In this document: piece by piece, positions 28,645 to 38,046 of the stretch | Position numbering within the stretch: position 1 is the first letter of the stretch | How the letters are laid out: each line of letters opens with the position of its first letter | From: Clostridiales bacterium | GTDB taxonomy: Bacteria > Bacillota > Clostridia > Christensenellales > Borkfalkiaceae | Length of the DNA stretch: 64,000 nucleotides | Assembly: GCA_015069295.1 (NCBI GenBank) | Contig: SVIW01000002.1 | Location: forward strand, 14,753 to 78,752 | Direction of reading: 5' to 3' | Notes under the pieces: model-generated | What the model saw: the letters and a program-made list of their open reading frames with translations, nothing else | What the model was told of the DNA's origin: nothing | The model's database searches: none | Program-made: the position numbers and the translations under genes

Positions 28645-29409
28645 TCAGAAAATATATACGAGTAAAATCAACAATCCCGCCTTTACTCCCCGCCGCTGCG
28701 TAAAATAATAAATCGCGACGATTGCGGGATAAATCAGCAAAAGATAGGTAAAGGTCATCCAGGTCGTCATCCCCGAAATCAGTACGTCGTACAAGCCGAA
28801 CAAGCCCATAAGCGCCCCGATACCGCCCCATACCGACCAAGTCTTTTTACTACCCTCGGGCAGGTGGAAAAATACTTCGTCCGCAATGGCGTACGAGCAT
28901 TTTAAAAGCAACACGATCCATACGACTTTGACGCAATTTTTACCAAGCTCGGCAAATTTACCAAGCATTTCGGTCATACCCATAACCTTTTCGCCGATAT
29001 CGTAAAAGGGTTTGACCTCCCAACCGATTTGCATACTGACGAAGAAAATACAGAAAATAGAAATCGCCGTCAAAATCCCCACGTTTTTCCAAGGCAGCGG
29101 CGGCAAGCCCTTTTTCTTTTCTTCCGTATTCAATTCGGTTTCAGGATGGATAATTACGTCGGAAAGCTGTAATCGTTCCCGCTCCTTTTTCTTTCGTTTT
29201 TGCGCAAGGACGGCAATCACGATAAAAGCGACGCACCAAAAAAGAACGGTAAACGTATCGGCGATCATATTCTGCAAATATCCGTAATAGACCTTTTTAA
29301 ACACCAGCTTAAACACGGGCGTAATAAAAGGCACGACGACGACCGTCGCGAAATATATCGCGTAACGTATGATATTCTCTTTTAAGCGTTGCGAGAATTT
29401 CTTTTGCAT
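28645..29409 (-). CDS. Hypothetical membrane protein
   Basis: 254-aa ORF with about 6 hydrophobic helices, immediately upstream of the LtaS-family gene. Confidence 0.68.
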   Translation of the reverse strand: MQKKFSQRLKENIIRYAIYFATVVVVPFITPVFKLVFKKVYYGYLQNMIADTFTVLFWCVAFIVIAVLAQKRKKKERERLQLSDVIIHPETELNTEEKKKGLPPLPWKNVGILTAISIFCIFFVSMQIGWEVKPFYDIGEKVMGMTEMLGKFAELGKNCVKVVWIVLLLKCSYAIADEVFFHLPEGSKKTWSVWGGIGALMGLFGLYDVLISGMTTWMTFTYLLLIYPAIVAIYYFTQRRGVKAGLLILLVYIF

Positions 29410-29430
29410 ACCGACCTTCCGTTTTTTTAA

Positions 29431-30612
29431 TTATTTTTTTAACAAGTTTTTAATTCTATTACAAGCCTCGTCCGTCGTTTCGTGGCTACCGAATGCCGTA
29501 AGACGGAAATACCCTTCTCCGTTTTTACCAAACCCGCTGCCCGGCGTACCAACGACCTGCGCGTTTTCCAAAAGATAATCGAAAAACTCCCAGCTCGTCA
29601 TACCGCAGGGACACTGCAACCAAATATAGGGCGAATTCTTCCCGCCCGTGTAGGCAATCCCGCATTCGTCCATACAAGCGGCGATTTTTTCGGCGTTTTT
29701 CCGATAATACGCAAGGTTTTGCGCAATCTGCTTTTCCCCTTCCTCGGAAAAGACCGCCGCCGCGCCCTTTTGCACGACGTAGGACACGCCGTTAAACTTC
29801 GTCGTCTGGCGGCGAAGCCACATTTTCCGCAAATTCATACCGTCGAATTCGAGTTCGCAAGGCACGACGGTATACCCGCAACGGGTACCCGTAAAGCCTG
29901 CCGTTTTCGAAAACGAACAAAGCTCGATGGCGCACTTTCTCGCGCCCTCAACCTCGAAAATACTACGCGCCGCGCCGTCCGCAACGAACGCCTCGTATGC
30001 CGCGTCGTACAAAATAACGGCATTATTTGCAATCGCAAAATCCACCCAAGCCTTTAACTGCGCTTTGGTATACGCCGCACCCGTGGGATTGTTGGGCGAA
30101 CAAAGATAGATAATATCCGCTTTTACCGTTTCATCGGGCATCGGCAAAAATCCGTTTTCCGCCGTCGCCTGCATATAGGCGATATTTCTGCCCGCCATTA
30201 CGTTAGTATCTACGTACACGGGGTACACGGGATCGGGTACGAGTACGGCGTTATCCTTATCGAAAATATCGAGAATATTGCCGCAATCGGATTTCGCGCC
30301 GTCGGAAACGAAAATCTCGTCTGCCGCCAACGTTACGCCTCGGCGTGCATAATAGCTTTGTATGCTTTCTCTAAGAAAACCGTACCCCTGTTCGGGTCCG
30401 TAGCCTTTAAAGGACTCCGCCTTGCCCATTTCGTCTACCGCCTCGTGCATAGCGGCAATTACCGCGGGCGCTAAGGGCAGAGTTACGTCGCCAATCCCCA
30501 AACGCAATACTTTTTTGTCGGGATTTGCCGCCGTATACGCCGCTACTTTTTTGGCTATATTCGAAAATAAATAGGTTTCTGCTACGTTTTTATAATGATA
30601 ATTCGGTTTCAT
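29431..30612 (-). CDS. dapL: LL-diaminopimelate aminotransferase
   Basis: 393 aa. YLFSNIAKKVAAYTAANPDKKVLRLGIGDVTLPL is the characteristic DapL N-terminus. The PLP-lysine region is SFSKTAGFTG. It is adjacent to dapF. Confidence 0.87.
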   Translation of the reverse strand: MKPNYHYKNVAETYLFSNIAKKVAAYTAANPDKKVLRLGIGDVTLPLAPAVIAAMHEAVDEMGKAESFKGYGPEQGYGFLRESIQSYYARRGVTLAADEIFVSDGAKSDCGNILDIFDKDNAVLVPDPVYPVYVDTNVMAGRNIAYMQATAENGFLPMPDETVKADIIYLCSPNNPTGAAYTKAQLKAWVDFAIANNAVILYDAAYEAFVADGAARSIFEVEGARKCAIELCSFSKTAGFTGTRCGYTVVPCELEFDGMNLRKMWLRRQTTKFNGVSYVVQKGAAAVFSEEGEKQIAQNLAYYRKNAEKIAACMDECGIAYTGGKNSPYIWLQCPCGMTSWEFFDYLLENAQVVGTPGSGFGKNGEGYFRLTAFGSHETTDEACNRIKNLLKK

Positions 30613-30624
30613 ATCTTTTCTCTC

Positions 30625-31464
30625 TCAAAGTTCTATTTCGCCGACGAATACGAGCGTCGCGCTGCCCGTCATATACACCGTTTCGTCCGTCCAGCGAATG
30701 GTCAAATCGCCGCCCCGAAGCCGCACGGTAATATCCTCGTTTTTTTCTGCAAAGCCGCAAAGCACCGCCGCCACCGCTACGGCGCAAGCGCCCGTACCGC
30801 AAGCCCACGTCTCGCCGCTGCCACGCTCCCAAACCCGCATTTTTAAATCGTTTTTGCCCAATACTTTGACAAATTCGGTGTTGACGCGTTGGGGGAAAAG
30901 CGGGCTGTTTTCATACAAAGGCCCAATTTTTTCAAGCTCCAACCCGTCGGGGTCTTTAAACAAAATACAATGGGGATTGCCCATAGAAACGCAGGTAATT
31001 TTTTCTTTTCCACCCGCAATTTCCACTTCTCGCGCAACGACCTTTTCGCCGTCGAGCAGCACGGGAATTTCGCCTGGAGTTAAAATGGGCGCGCCCATAT
31101 CCACCTTTACGCAATCCACTTTGCCGTCCTTGCCGATAAAAAGCTGCAAAGTCTTAATCCCGCTTTTCGTTTCAATGGTAATAAGAGTTTTTTGTACGAT
31201 GGCAAAATCGTACAAGAATTTCCCCACGCAACGAATGGCGTTGCCGCACATATTCCCTTCACTCCCGTCGGCGTTAAACATACGCATTTTCGCGTCGGCG
31301 ATATCGGACGAACAAATCATTACGATTCCGTCCCCGCCGACTCCCTTATGCCTGTCGGACAGACGAATCGCCACCCCTTCAGGGTCGGACAATTCCTCTT
31401 CCATACAGTTAAAATAAATATAATCGTTGCCGATTCCGTGCATTTTATAAAATTTTGTCAGCAT
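30625..31464 (-). CDS. dapF: Diaminopimelate epimerase
   Basis: 279 aa. KMHGIGNDYIYF, GNMCGNAIRC and ACGTGACAV contain the two catalytic Cys motifs. Confidence 0.93.
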   Translation of the reverse strand: MLTKFYKMHGIGNDYIYFNCMEEELSDPEGVAIRLSDRHKGVGGDGIVMICSSDIADAKMRMFNADGSEGNMCGNAIRCVGKFLYDFAIVQKTLITIETKSGIKTLQLFIGKDGKVDCVKVDMGAPILTPGEIPVLLDGEKVVAREVEIAGGKEKITCVSMGNPHCILFKDPDGLELEKIGPLYENSPLFPQRVNTEFVKVLGKNDLKMRVWERGSGETWACGTGACAVAVAAVLCGFAEKNEDITVRLRGGDLTIRWTDETVYMTGSATLVFVGEIEL

Positions 31465-31671
31465 ATACTACCCTTATATGGCTTTATTAAAACGCGCAAA
31501 AACCGAGTTTTTTCTGCATTTTTCGCAAAAAAAGCCCTTCTCCCGCATTTTATACACGCTTAATTATAGCGCAATTTTATATATATGTCAAGCGCTAATA
31601 CGCGCGTGCGCGCGATTTTTCCGATTTTTACCCCCGCCCGTAAAATTTTCGTAAAAATTTTTCTTTCCCTA

Positions 31672-31700
31672 TTGACAATTCTTGTAAAAAGGGGTATTAT
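31672..31700 (+). promoter_or_regulatory. Candidate sigma-A promoter of the NUDIX gene
   Basis: TTGACA (31672-31677), 17 nt, TATTAT (31695-31700). Confidence 0.45.
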
Positions 31701-31743
31701 AATACTAACGGCGGCATTTCCCGCCGTCAGGGGAGGAAAAAGT

Positions 31744-32238
31744 ATGTATTGTAGAGAATGCGGCGAAAAATTAACCTTACGCTTTTGCGAAAACGAGGGA
31801 CTTATCCCCTATTGTGCAAAATGCCAATCGTATATGTTCCCGCAGTTTCCAATCGCGGTATCTATGGTCGTAACCAATCGGGAACAAAATAAAATTTTAT
31901 TGGCAAAACACGTCGAAGACGACGATTTTATCCTCTTTGCCGGCTATATCAAAAAGGGCGAAAACGCAGAGAAGACAATCCCCCGCGAAATCAAAGAAGA
32001 GCTGGGCATGGACGTAGTGAAAGCCAAATATATGTCCTCTCGCTACCACGCGCGCAAGGATATTTTGATGCTGAATTTCATCGTCGTCGTCGAGGACACC
32101 CCCATCAAAGCCAACGCGGCGGAAATCGCCGAGGCAAGGTGGTGCACCCCCGAAGAGGCGGTGCAGCTTATCCGCAAAAACACGACGGCAGAGTATTTCC
32201 TGCTCAACGCCGTCCGCGAGTTAAAGAAGAAAATTTAA
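31744..32238 (+). CDS. NUDIX hydrolase with an N-terminal zinc ribbon (NudC-like architecture)
   Basis: Start at ATG 31744 (GGGGAGG upstream), not 31585. CRECG...CAKC zinc ribbon. Nudix box GYIKKGENAEKTIPREIKEELGM. Confidence 0.83.
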   Translation: MYCRECGEKLTLRFCENEGLIPYCAKCQSYMFPQFPIAVSMVVTNREQNKILLAKHVEDDDFILFAGYIKKGENAEKTIPREIKEELGMDVVKAKYMSSRYHARKDILMLNFIVVVEDTPIKANAAEIAEARWCTPEEAVQLIRKNTTAEYFLLNAVRELKKKI

Positions 32239-32252
32239 GCAAAAAAAATATC

Positions 32253-32283
32253 GTCCCGCGGTTTTAAAAAACCGCGGGACTTT
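32253..32283. terminator. Bidirectional terminator between convergent genes
   Basis: gtcccgcggtttt / aaaaccgcgggac, a 13-bp stem, followed by ttt. Confidence 0.8.
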
Positions 32284-32287
32284 CGTT

Positions 32288-32761
32288 TTATTCTTTCACC
32301 AGCACCCAAGTATATATCTTTGTAGGACTTGTAAGATAACTATCTTTTTCTACTCTAGTAAACGTTCCATCTACTATCTCAGCGGAAAAAATAATCTGTC
32401 CATTCTGTCCGTAAAACTCAAATTTGTTTTCCGAATAGCCTTTCTTCCATTCACCGGACATATTGCCCGATATATTTGTTTCCGAACGCCACTCATAGTG
32501 CCCGTCCGACTTCAATTCAAGCGTTATATAGTCTTTGGAGTACCCTTTTCCAACCTCATAATGCAAATTATAAATTTCATATTCCTCATTTACATACGTA
32601 TAGGAAGAAAAATAATATGTACCAACGTAAGGGGTTCTGTCAAAATCCTCTGCCGAATCTTCCTTCCCCAAAATCCCTTCTAACATACTGCAACCAGCAA
32701 AACAAAAAATTGCCGAAATAGATAAAATCATCGTCATAACTGCTATCATCAATTTTTTCAT
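32288..32761 (-). CDS. Hypothetical lipoprotein
   Basis: MKKLMIAVMTMILSISAIFCFAGC is a signal peptide plus lipobox. Visibly AT-rich. An alternative start at 32773 overlaps the upstream stop (ATGA). Confidence 0.7.
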   Translation of the reverse strand: MKKLMIAVMTMILSISAIFCFAGCSMLEGILGKEDSAEDFDRTPYVGTYYFSSYTYVNEEYEIYNLHYEVGKGYSKDYITLELKSDGHYEWRSETNISGNMSGEWKKGYSENKFEFYGQNGQIIFSAEIVDGTFTRVEKDSYLTSPTKIYTWVLVKE

Positions 32762-32769
32762 AGTCCACC

Positions 32770-33309
32770 TCATTCTTTCGAAATCGAATTTAATACATAG
32801 CGATATCCGCCCAATAAATATTTCGTTTGACCGAAACTGTAAAAAATCGTATCGGTAAACACGATTTTATCACCCGCAGAAACGCTGTTTTTGACTAAAT
32901 ATCCATCTTCCATAAGGTAACCGTCTTTATCGTACATCGCATACCCCAAGCCCGCAGCACCCTCACCGCTCGTAATCGTACAATACACCTTAATTTCGAC
33001 GTATACCTCTTCTATCGTTTTATAAGTCGTCGTTTGATATTCAATCTTATCCAAACGCATTCTTACGATATTATCGTTATCGTCTACCGAATAATACTCC
33101 GTACCCGCAGTCGGCAAGGTTATTCTCCCGTCCGTCTGGTCGTACGTAGTGTACAAACCGTCGTAAATATCGTCGTATATTCCGCTGAAATCCGTATCAC
33201 CATAATCATAGGTAACTTTCGTTTCCCCTTCGCAAGCGGCAAGCCCAAACGCCGCTACAAAGCTAAGCAGCCCCGAAACCAATAATCCAATCTTCTTTTT
33301 CATTTGCAT
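32770..33309 (-). CDS. Hypothetical lipoprotein
   Basis: MQMKKKIGLLVSGLLSFVAAFGLAAC is a signal peptide plus lipobox. GGAGG lies upstream of the ATG. Visibly AT-rich. Confidence 0.7.
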   Translation of the reverse strand: MQMKKKIGLLVSGLLSFVAAFGLAACEGETKVTYDYGDTDFSGIYDDIYDGLYTTYDQTDGRITLPTAGTEYYSVDDNDNIVRMRLDKIEYQTTTYKTIEEVYVEIKVYCTITSGEGAAGLGYAMYDKDGYLMEDGYLVKNSVSAGDKIVFTDTIFYSFGQTKYLLGGYRYVLNSISKE

Positions 33310-33399
33310 ACCTCCAAATTTATTTGTTAATATTAGTATAATTCATATTTTATGAATTGTCAAGTATTTTTCCCTTAAAAAATTTATATAATATGAATT

Positions 33400-33609
33400 A
33401 TGAAAGTGTTTGGGGAACGCGTGAAACGCGAATTGAAAGAACAGGGAAAAACGCAAAGGGATTTAGCCGCAACGTTATGCGTACAGACTTCAACCTTGTG
33501 CGAATGGTTAAACGACCACAATGAACCGCCTATGCAGGCAATTGTGGATATTGCCCGCGCCTTAGAGGTTTCCACCGATTATCTTTTGGGTCTAAAGGAT
33601 TTTGATTAA
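33400..33609 (+). CDS. XRE-family helix-turn-helix transcriptional regulator
   Basis: 69 aa. KEQGKTQRDLAATLCVQTSTLCEWLNDHNEPPMQAIVDIARALEVSTDYLLG is an HTH_3 pattern. It is divergent from the two lipoprotein genes. Confidence 0.8.
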   Translation: MKVFGERVKRELKEQGKTQRDLAATLCVQTSTLCEWLNDHNEPPMQAIVDIARALEVSTDYLLGLKDFD

Positions 33610-33649
33610 AAAATATTCTTTTCTATCGCGCGAATTTGCCGCCACCCGA

Positions 33650-33678
33650 TTGACAATCGGGTTTTTTTTTGCTACAAT
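33650..33678 (+). promoter_or_regulatory. Sigma-A promoter of the DUF1846 gene
   Basis: TTGACA (33650-33655), 17 nt, TACAAT (33673-33678), with TG at 33670-33671. Confidence 0.55.
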
Positions 33679-33729
33679 ATATAAGATAATGATTTTTTAA
33701 AGAACGGACGAAAAACCAAGGAGAAGTTT

Positions 33730-35214
33730 ATGAATAAGATTGGCTTTGACAACAAGAAATATCTGTCTATGCAATCGGAAAAAATCCAAGAACGCATCGA
33801 CGCGTTCGGGGACAAGCTGTATCTCGAATTCGGCGGCAAGCTTTTCGACGATTATCACGCTTCCCGCGTTTTACCCGGTTTTGAACCCGACAGCAAAATC
33901 AAAATGCTGTTAAAGCTCCGTTCTATCGCCGAAATTCTCGTCGTGATCAGCGCGAACGATATCGTGAAAAACAAATACCGCAGCGATTTGGGGATTACCT
34001 ACGACGCGGACGTTATCCGTCTTATCGATATTTTTAAAAGCAAGGGCTTATACGTCGGCAGCGTGGTGATGACGATGTATCAGCCCCAGCCCGCCGTGGA
34101 CGGCTTTATCAAGCGTTTGCAAAACCTCGGTATCAACGTCTATAAACATTACGCCATCGAGGGCTACCCTTCCGACGTGCACAAAATCGTTAGCGAGGAA
34201 GGGTACGGCAGAAACGAGTATATCCCGACCAAACGCCGTTTGGTCATCGTTACCGCGCCCGGCCCCGGCAGCGGAAAAATGGCGACCTGCCTTTCCCAGC
34301 TCTATCACGAAAATTTACGCGGGGTCAAAGCGGGGTATGCGAAATTTGAAACTTTCCCCATTTGGAATTTACCCCTTTCCCACCCCGTCAACCTCGCTTA
34401 CGAGGCGGCGACTGCCGATTTGAACGACGTCAATATGATTGACCCCTACCATTTAGAGGCATACGAAAAACTGGCGGTCAATTATAACCGCGACGTGGAA
34501 ATTTTCCCCGTCGTAGCGGCAATGCTGGAAAAGATTTTGGGGTATTCTCCCTACAAATCCCCTACGGATATGGGAGTAAATATGGCGGGCTGTTGCATTA
34601 TGGACGACGAAGTTTGCAAAACCGCCTCGAAAAACGAAATTCTCCGCCGTTATTACGCCGCGCTTTGCGACGCGAAAAAGGGCAGAATCAGCAAGGACGT
34701 CGTGGCGAAATTAGAACTTTTGATGCGCAAATCGGGTATTTCCACGGACGACCGCCGCGCGGTTGCTCCCGCCCTTGCCAAAGCGGAAGAAACGGGCGCG
34801 CCCGCCGTTGCCATCGAATTAAACGACGGACGTATCGTTACGGGAAAAACGGGCGACCTTCTCGGCGCGTCGGCGGCTTGTCTTTTAAACGCGTTAAAAG
34901 CGCTCGGCGGCATCGACGACAAAATCGAACTGATTTCCCCGACGATTATCGAACCGTTGCAACACCTCAAAGTAAAACATATGGGCGCGGTCAATCCCCG
35001 CTTGCATACGGACGAAGTGCTGATGGCGCTTTCCATTTGCGCGGTCAACGACCCGAAAGCCAAAAAAGCGGTGGCGCAATTAGATAAATTGAAAAATTGC
35101 GAACTCCACTCTACCGTTATGCTTGCCCACGTAGACGAAAGAACGTTTAAGGCGCTCGGTATGCATCTAACCTGCGAACCGCAAAGACAGGTCGTCGTAA
35201 CCGAACAGGTATAA
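33730..35214 (+). CDS. DUF1846 / UPF0371 family protein
   Basis: 494 aa. FDNKKYLSMQSEKIQERI...FGGKLFDDYHASRVLPGFEPDSK matches my memory of the UPF0371 N-terminus. AAGGAG RBS. Confidence 0.8.
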   Translation: MNKIGFDNKKYLSMQSEKIQERIDAFGDKLYLEFGGKLFDDYHASRVLPGFEPDSKIKMLLKLRSIAEILVVISANDIVKNKYRSDLGITYDADVIRLIDIFKSKGLYVGSVVMTMYQPQPAVDGFIKRLQNLGINVYKHYAIEGYPSDVHKIVSEEGYGRNEYIPTKRRLVIVTAPGPGSGKMATCLSQLYHENLRGVKAGYAKFETFPIWNLPLSHPVNLAYEAATADLNDVNMIDPYHLEAYEKLAVNYNRDVEIFPVVAAMLEKILGYSPYKSPTDMGVNMAGCCIMDDEVCKTASKNEILRRYYAALCDAKKGRISKDVVAKLELLMRKSGISTDDRRAVAPALAKAEETGAPAVAIELNDGRIVTGKTGDLLGASAACLLNALKALGGIDDKIELISPTIIEPLQHLKVKHMGAVNPRLHTDEVLMALSICAVNDPKAKKAVAQLDKLKNCELHSTVMLAHVDERTFKALGMHLTCEPQRQVVVTEQV

Positions 35215-35217
35215 TTT

Positions 35218-35252
35218 AAACCCCGAACTCGTTTGAGTTCGGGGTTTGTTTT
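35218..35252. terminator. Bidirectional terminator
   Basis: aaaccccgaactc / gagttcggggttt stem with loop gttt, then gttttg. Confidence 0.82.
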
Positions 35253-35261
35253 GCTTTTTCT

Positions 35262-35702
35262 CTATTGACCTTTTGCCGCCTCTATCGCGTCAGAAGTCCC
35301 TACATAAACGACGTTGTCTTGAATTTCTGTGGACAAATCTACTTCTTCTCTTTCAACATATTTTATATAGGCGTATAAATACTCGTACAAATACTCCGCT
35401 GTTTCCTCATCTTTGCAAAAATAAATCTCGATCCAATTATACGGCGCACCGAACTCGTGCGGGTCTCCGCCTTTGGCAACCAACACGAGCTCCACGTCTT
35501 CGTAATGAATATCAGCGCAAAGATAGGAAGATTGATAATACTCGTCCAAGGATTGGCACGAGACAACTATATAATCCTTATCCTCCAAATTTTTCGCCAG
35601 CACCTCGGGATCGGTACTCATTCCGCACGCCGTTGCGCCAAAAGCTACACAAGCAATCGTCACCAAGGAAACAACTGTCGTTAAAAATTTTTTCATAGGC
35701 AA
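35262..35702 (-). CDS. Hypothetical lipoprotein
   Basis: MPMKKFLTTVVSLVTIACVAFGATAC is a signal peptide plus lipobox. 146 aa. Confidence 0.7.
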   Translation of the reverse strand: MPMKKFLTTVVSLVTIACVAFGATACGMSTDPEVLAKNLEDKDYIVVSCQSLDEYYQSSYLCADIHYEDVELVLVAKGGDPHEFGAPYNWIEIYFCKDEETAEYLYEYLYAYIKYVEREEVDLSTEIQDNVVYVGTSDAIEAAKGQ

Positions 35703-35784
35703 TTCTCCTTACTGTTTTTAATTATATATATTATATAATAGAAATATATATTTGTCGGGTTGCGTTTTTCAATCAAACAACCGA

Positions 35785-35894
35785 GTAGTTACACGAAACG
35801 GGTTAGATGCGAGCAGTTCAAGGCGTGGCGAGGGCGCGTACAACTAGTACGTAACCGAGCCGCAACGCTGAAATGCGACGTATATAACACGTTT
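35785..35894. repeat. Mosaic intergenic repeat, copy A (modules H-M-T)
   Basis: Shares 26/26, 26/26 and 30/32 nt blocks with 44237-44434 (see findings). It abuts the stop codon of the EIIC-like gene. Confidence 0.8.
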
Positions 35895-36991
35895 TAATCA
35901 GGCAATTTCATATCGCCAGGTTTAATCCACCCCTTCTTTCTCATAATCTCCGAGAAGAGCAAATTCAAAGCCGCAGGCAAAATAAACATCAAAAGCACGA
36001 TACCGATATACCCTAACGCGCCGCTCGTCGCGCTAAACAATTCGAACACGCCGACCAAACCGCTCGTGCCCATACCGCCGCCCGCAGCCCCGCATTTTAA
36101 ATGGAAAACGCAGGTCGAAAGCGGTCCTAAAATTGCGCTCGACGCGACCATGGGTAGCATAATGACGGGTTTTTTCATAATATTCGGGATTTGCAGCATA
36201 CTCGTCCCAATGCCTTGGGAAACAAGACCGCCGACCTTGTTTTCACGGAAGCTCGCCACCGCAAAACCGACCATATGGCACGCGCAGCCTACCGTCGCCG
36301 CGCCCCCCGCAAGCAGCATCGCTTCCGAAGTATTCCCCACGGCAAAGGACATCCAAATCGCCGCAGAGGAAGTGGGCATCGTCAGCAATACCCCCATCAC
36401 GACCGCAATTACAATCCCCATAATCAACGGAGCGATTTCCGTTGCCAGTTCAATCCCCTTGCCCAATAAGTTGACGAACTCGATAAACGGATACGCCAAA
36501 AATACGCCGCCGAACGAAAGAAAGAGCACCCCCATCGGTACAAGCAGAATATCGAGCTTGGTTTTTCCTGCGTACAAGCCCACGATTTCGATACAGAGCA
36601 TCGTTACCACGTACGCGCCAATCGGGTTGCCGGGCAGCCCCAACGAAAGAGTGCTCAACGGCGCTTGCCCGACCATCAGTTTATCGGCAAATGCGCCGAC
36701 CATACCCGCAACCCCCGCGGAGAAAATCAACAGCTTATTTTTCCCCAAAGCGTGTGCGATTCCCACGCCAATGCCTACGCCCATCAAGGTCTTTGCAATA
36801 TTCGCTATGTACAGCAAGGTATTGCCGAAATAGTTATCCCCTATCCAGCCCGCAATTTGGGCAAGAATCGTACCCGCAATCAAGGTAACGAACAAGCCTT
36901 GCGCCATACCCGAAAACGCCGTAATAAAATACCGCTTGGGCATCGCTTTCAAATATGCAAGAAATTTGTTTTCTTTTCTTTCCGTTTCCAT
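35894..36991 (-). CDS. PTS EIIC-like (EIIC_2 family) membrane permease
   Basis: Start at ATG 36991 (AGGAG 7 nt upstream). About 10 TM helices. KRYFITAFSGMAQGLFVTLIAGTILAQIAGWIG resembles proteins annotated as PTS subunit IIC. No EIIA or EIIB gene is adjacent. Confidence 0.62.
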   Translation of the reverse strand: METERKENKFLAYLKAMPKRYFITAFSGMAQGLFVTLIAGTILAQIAGWIGDNYFGNTLLYIANIAKTLMGVGIGVGIAHALGKNKLLIFSAGVAGMVGAFADKLMVGQAPLSTLSLGLPGNPIGAYVVTMLCIEIVGLYAGKTKLDILLVPMGVLFLSFGGVFLAYPFIEFVNLLGKGIELATEIAPLIMGIVIAVVMGVLLTMPTSSAAIWMSFAVGNTSEAMLLAGGAATVGCACHMVGFAVASFRENKVGGLVSQGIGTSMLQIPNIMKKPVIMLPMVASSAILGPLSTCVFHLKCGAAGGGMGTSGLVGVFELFSATSGALGYIGIVLLMFILPAALNLLFSEIMRKKGWIKPGDMKLPD

Positions 36992-37101
36992 AATCGTTCT
37001 CCTTTTTGTACTCCCATTATATCCCATCAAAACACAAAAAGCAAGCGTTTTACAGTAAATCGATAAAAAATTATCTATTCGATAAATTTTAACGAACGAA
37101 G

Positions 37102-37132
37102 AAAAAACGCTCCGTAAAAAACGGGGCGTTTT
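37102..37132 (-). terminator. Intrinsic terminator after the DUF1540 gene
   Basis: Minus strand: AAAACGCCCCGT-loop-ACGGAGCGTTTT followed by TTCTT (one G-U pair). Confidence 0.65.
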
Positions 37133-37150
37133 CCTTGAAGAGCAAAGAGC

Positions 37151-37321
37151 TTACTTCTTTTCGAAGCTGTCGCAGCAAGTGCAACATTCTGCCGACGTAT
37201 TGCAGGTGTTGCCCACGTGAATTTTGGACAAAGTGCAATAGTCGCCCGAACGGTTGTACTTACATTCGGTTACGCCGCAGCCAATACAAGTGTTCACTTC
37301 GCAATTTTTTTCGTTCATCAT
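37151..37321 (-). CDS. DUF1540-like small cysteine-rich protein
   Basis: Start at ATG 37321 (AAGGAGG 8 nt upstream). MMNEKNCEVNTCIGCGVTECKYN...CTLSKIHVG has the DUF1540 pattern found in spore formers. Confidence 0.72.
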   Translation of the reverse strand: MMNEKNCEVNTCIGCGVTECKYNRSGDYCTLSKIHVGNTCNTSAECCTCCDSFEKK

Positions 37322-37385
37322 ATAAAAATCCTCCTTGAAAGATAAAAGCAGTATGGGCAAATTTATCAAAGATTATTGACATTTG

Positions 37386-37414
37386 TAAAATTTTCCTGTA
37401 CAATAGTATTGAAA
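37386..37414 (+). promoter_or_regulatory. Sigma-A promoter of rplI
   Basis: TTGACA (37386-37391), 17 nt, TACAAT (37409-37414). Confidence 0.6.
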
Positions 37415-37457
37415 AGAAAAAAAACGGGAGTTTTCCCGCGCGAAGGAGGATATGTAT

Positions 37458-37898
37458 ATGAAAGTAATTTTGACGGCAGACGTAAAAGGCACGGGCAAAA
37501 AAGGCGACGTTGTCGAGGTCGCGGACGGATACGGACGCAACTTCCTTTTGAAGAAAGGCTTAGCAAAAGCCGCAACGGCTAGCAACGTACACGACGCGGC
37601 GCAAAAAAAGGCGGCGCAGGAATTCCATAAAGCAGAAGAAATTAAGGCGACCAAGGCGTTGGCGGCGGCGCTTGAAGGAAAATCGGTAACCGTAAAAATC
37701 AAAACGGGTGAAAACGGAAAAATGTTCGGCAGTATCACGTCGGCGCACGTGGCGGCGGCACTTGGAGAGGCGGGCTTTGACATCGACAAGAAAAAGATTA
37801 GAATGGAATCGGTTAAAACGCTGGGCACTTTCCCCGCGGAAATCCGTTTGATGGAAAACGTTTCGGCGAAGATTACGTTCGTCGTCGAACCGCAATAA
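37458..37898 (+). CDS. rplI: 50S ribosomal protein L9
   Basis: [36 protein letters not shown] is canonical L9. ATG at 37458 lies 7 nt after AAGGAGGA; the track start at 37452 is too close to the RBS. Confidence 0.93.
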   Translation: MKVILTADVKGTGKKGDVVEVADGYGRNFLLKKGLAKAATASNVHDAAQKKAAQEFHKAEEIKATKALAAALEGKSVTVKIKTGENGKMFGSITSAHVAAALGEAGFDIDKKKIRMESVKTLGTFPAEIRLMENVSAKITFVVEPQ

Positions 37899-37905
37899 AA
37901 TTCCC

Positions 37906-37939
37906 CCGTTCCGTAAAACAGATTGCGGAACGGTTTTTT
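37906..37939 (+). terminator. Intrinsic terminator after rplI
   Basis: ccgttccg / cggaacgg stem followed by tttttt. Confidence 0.7.
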
Positions 37940-38046
37940 ATGCAAAAAATTATCCGTCTTTCCGCTCGGAAGTACCGATAACTACTTGCAGCAAGGCAAA
38001 AAATGTGATACAATAACTTTGCAAATCCTATTTTGAGGCGTTTATT

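Noticed and set aside
31585-31743. 53-codon upstream extension of the NUDIX ORF; similar extensions at 26350-26424, 47531-47587, 36992-37030 and 63406-63429
   Set aside because: The extensions run through promoter-like AT-rich DNA. Internal ATGs have proper RBSs and give family-typical N-termini.
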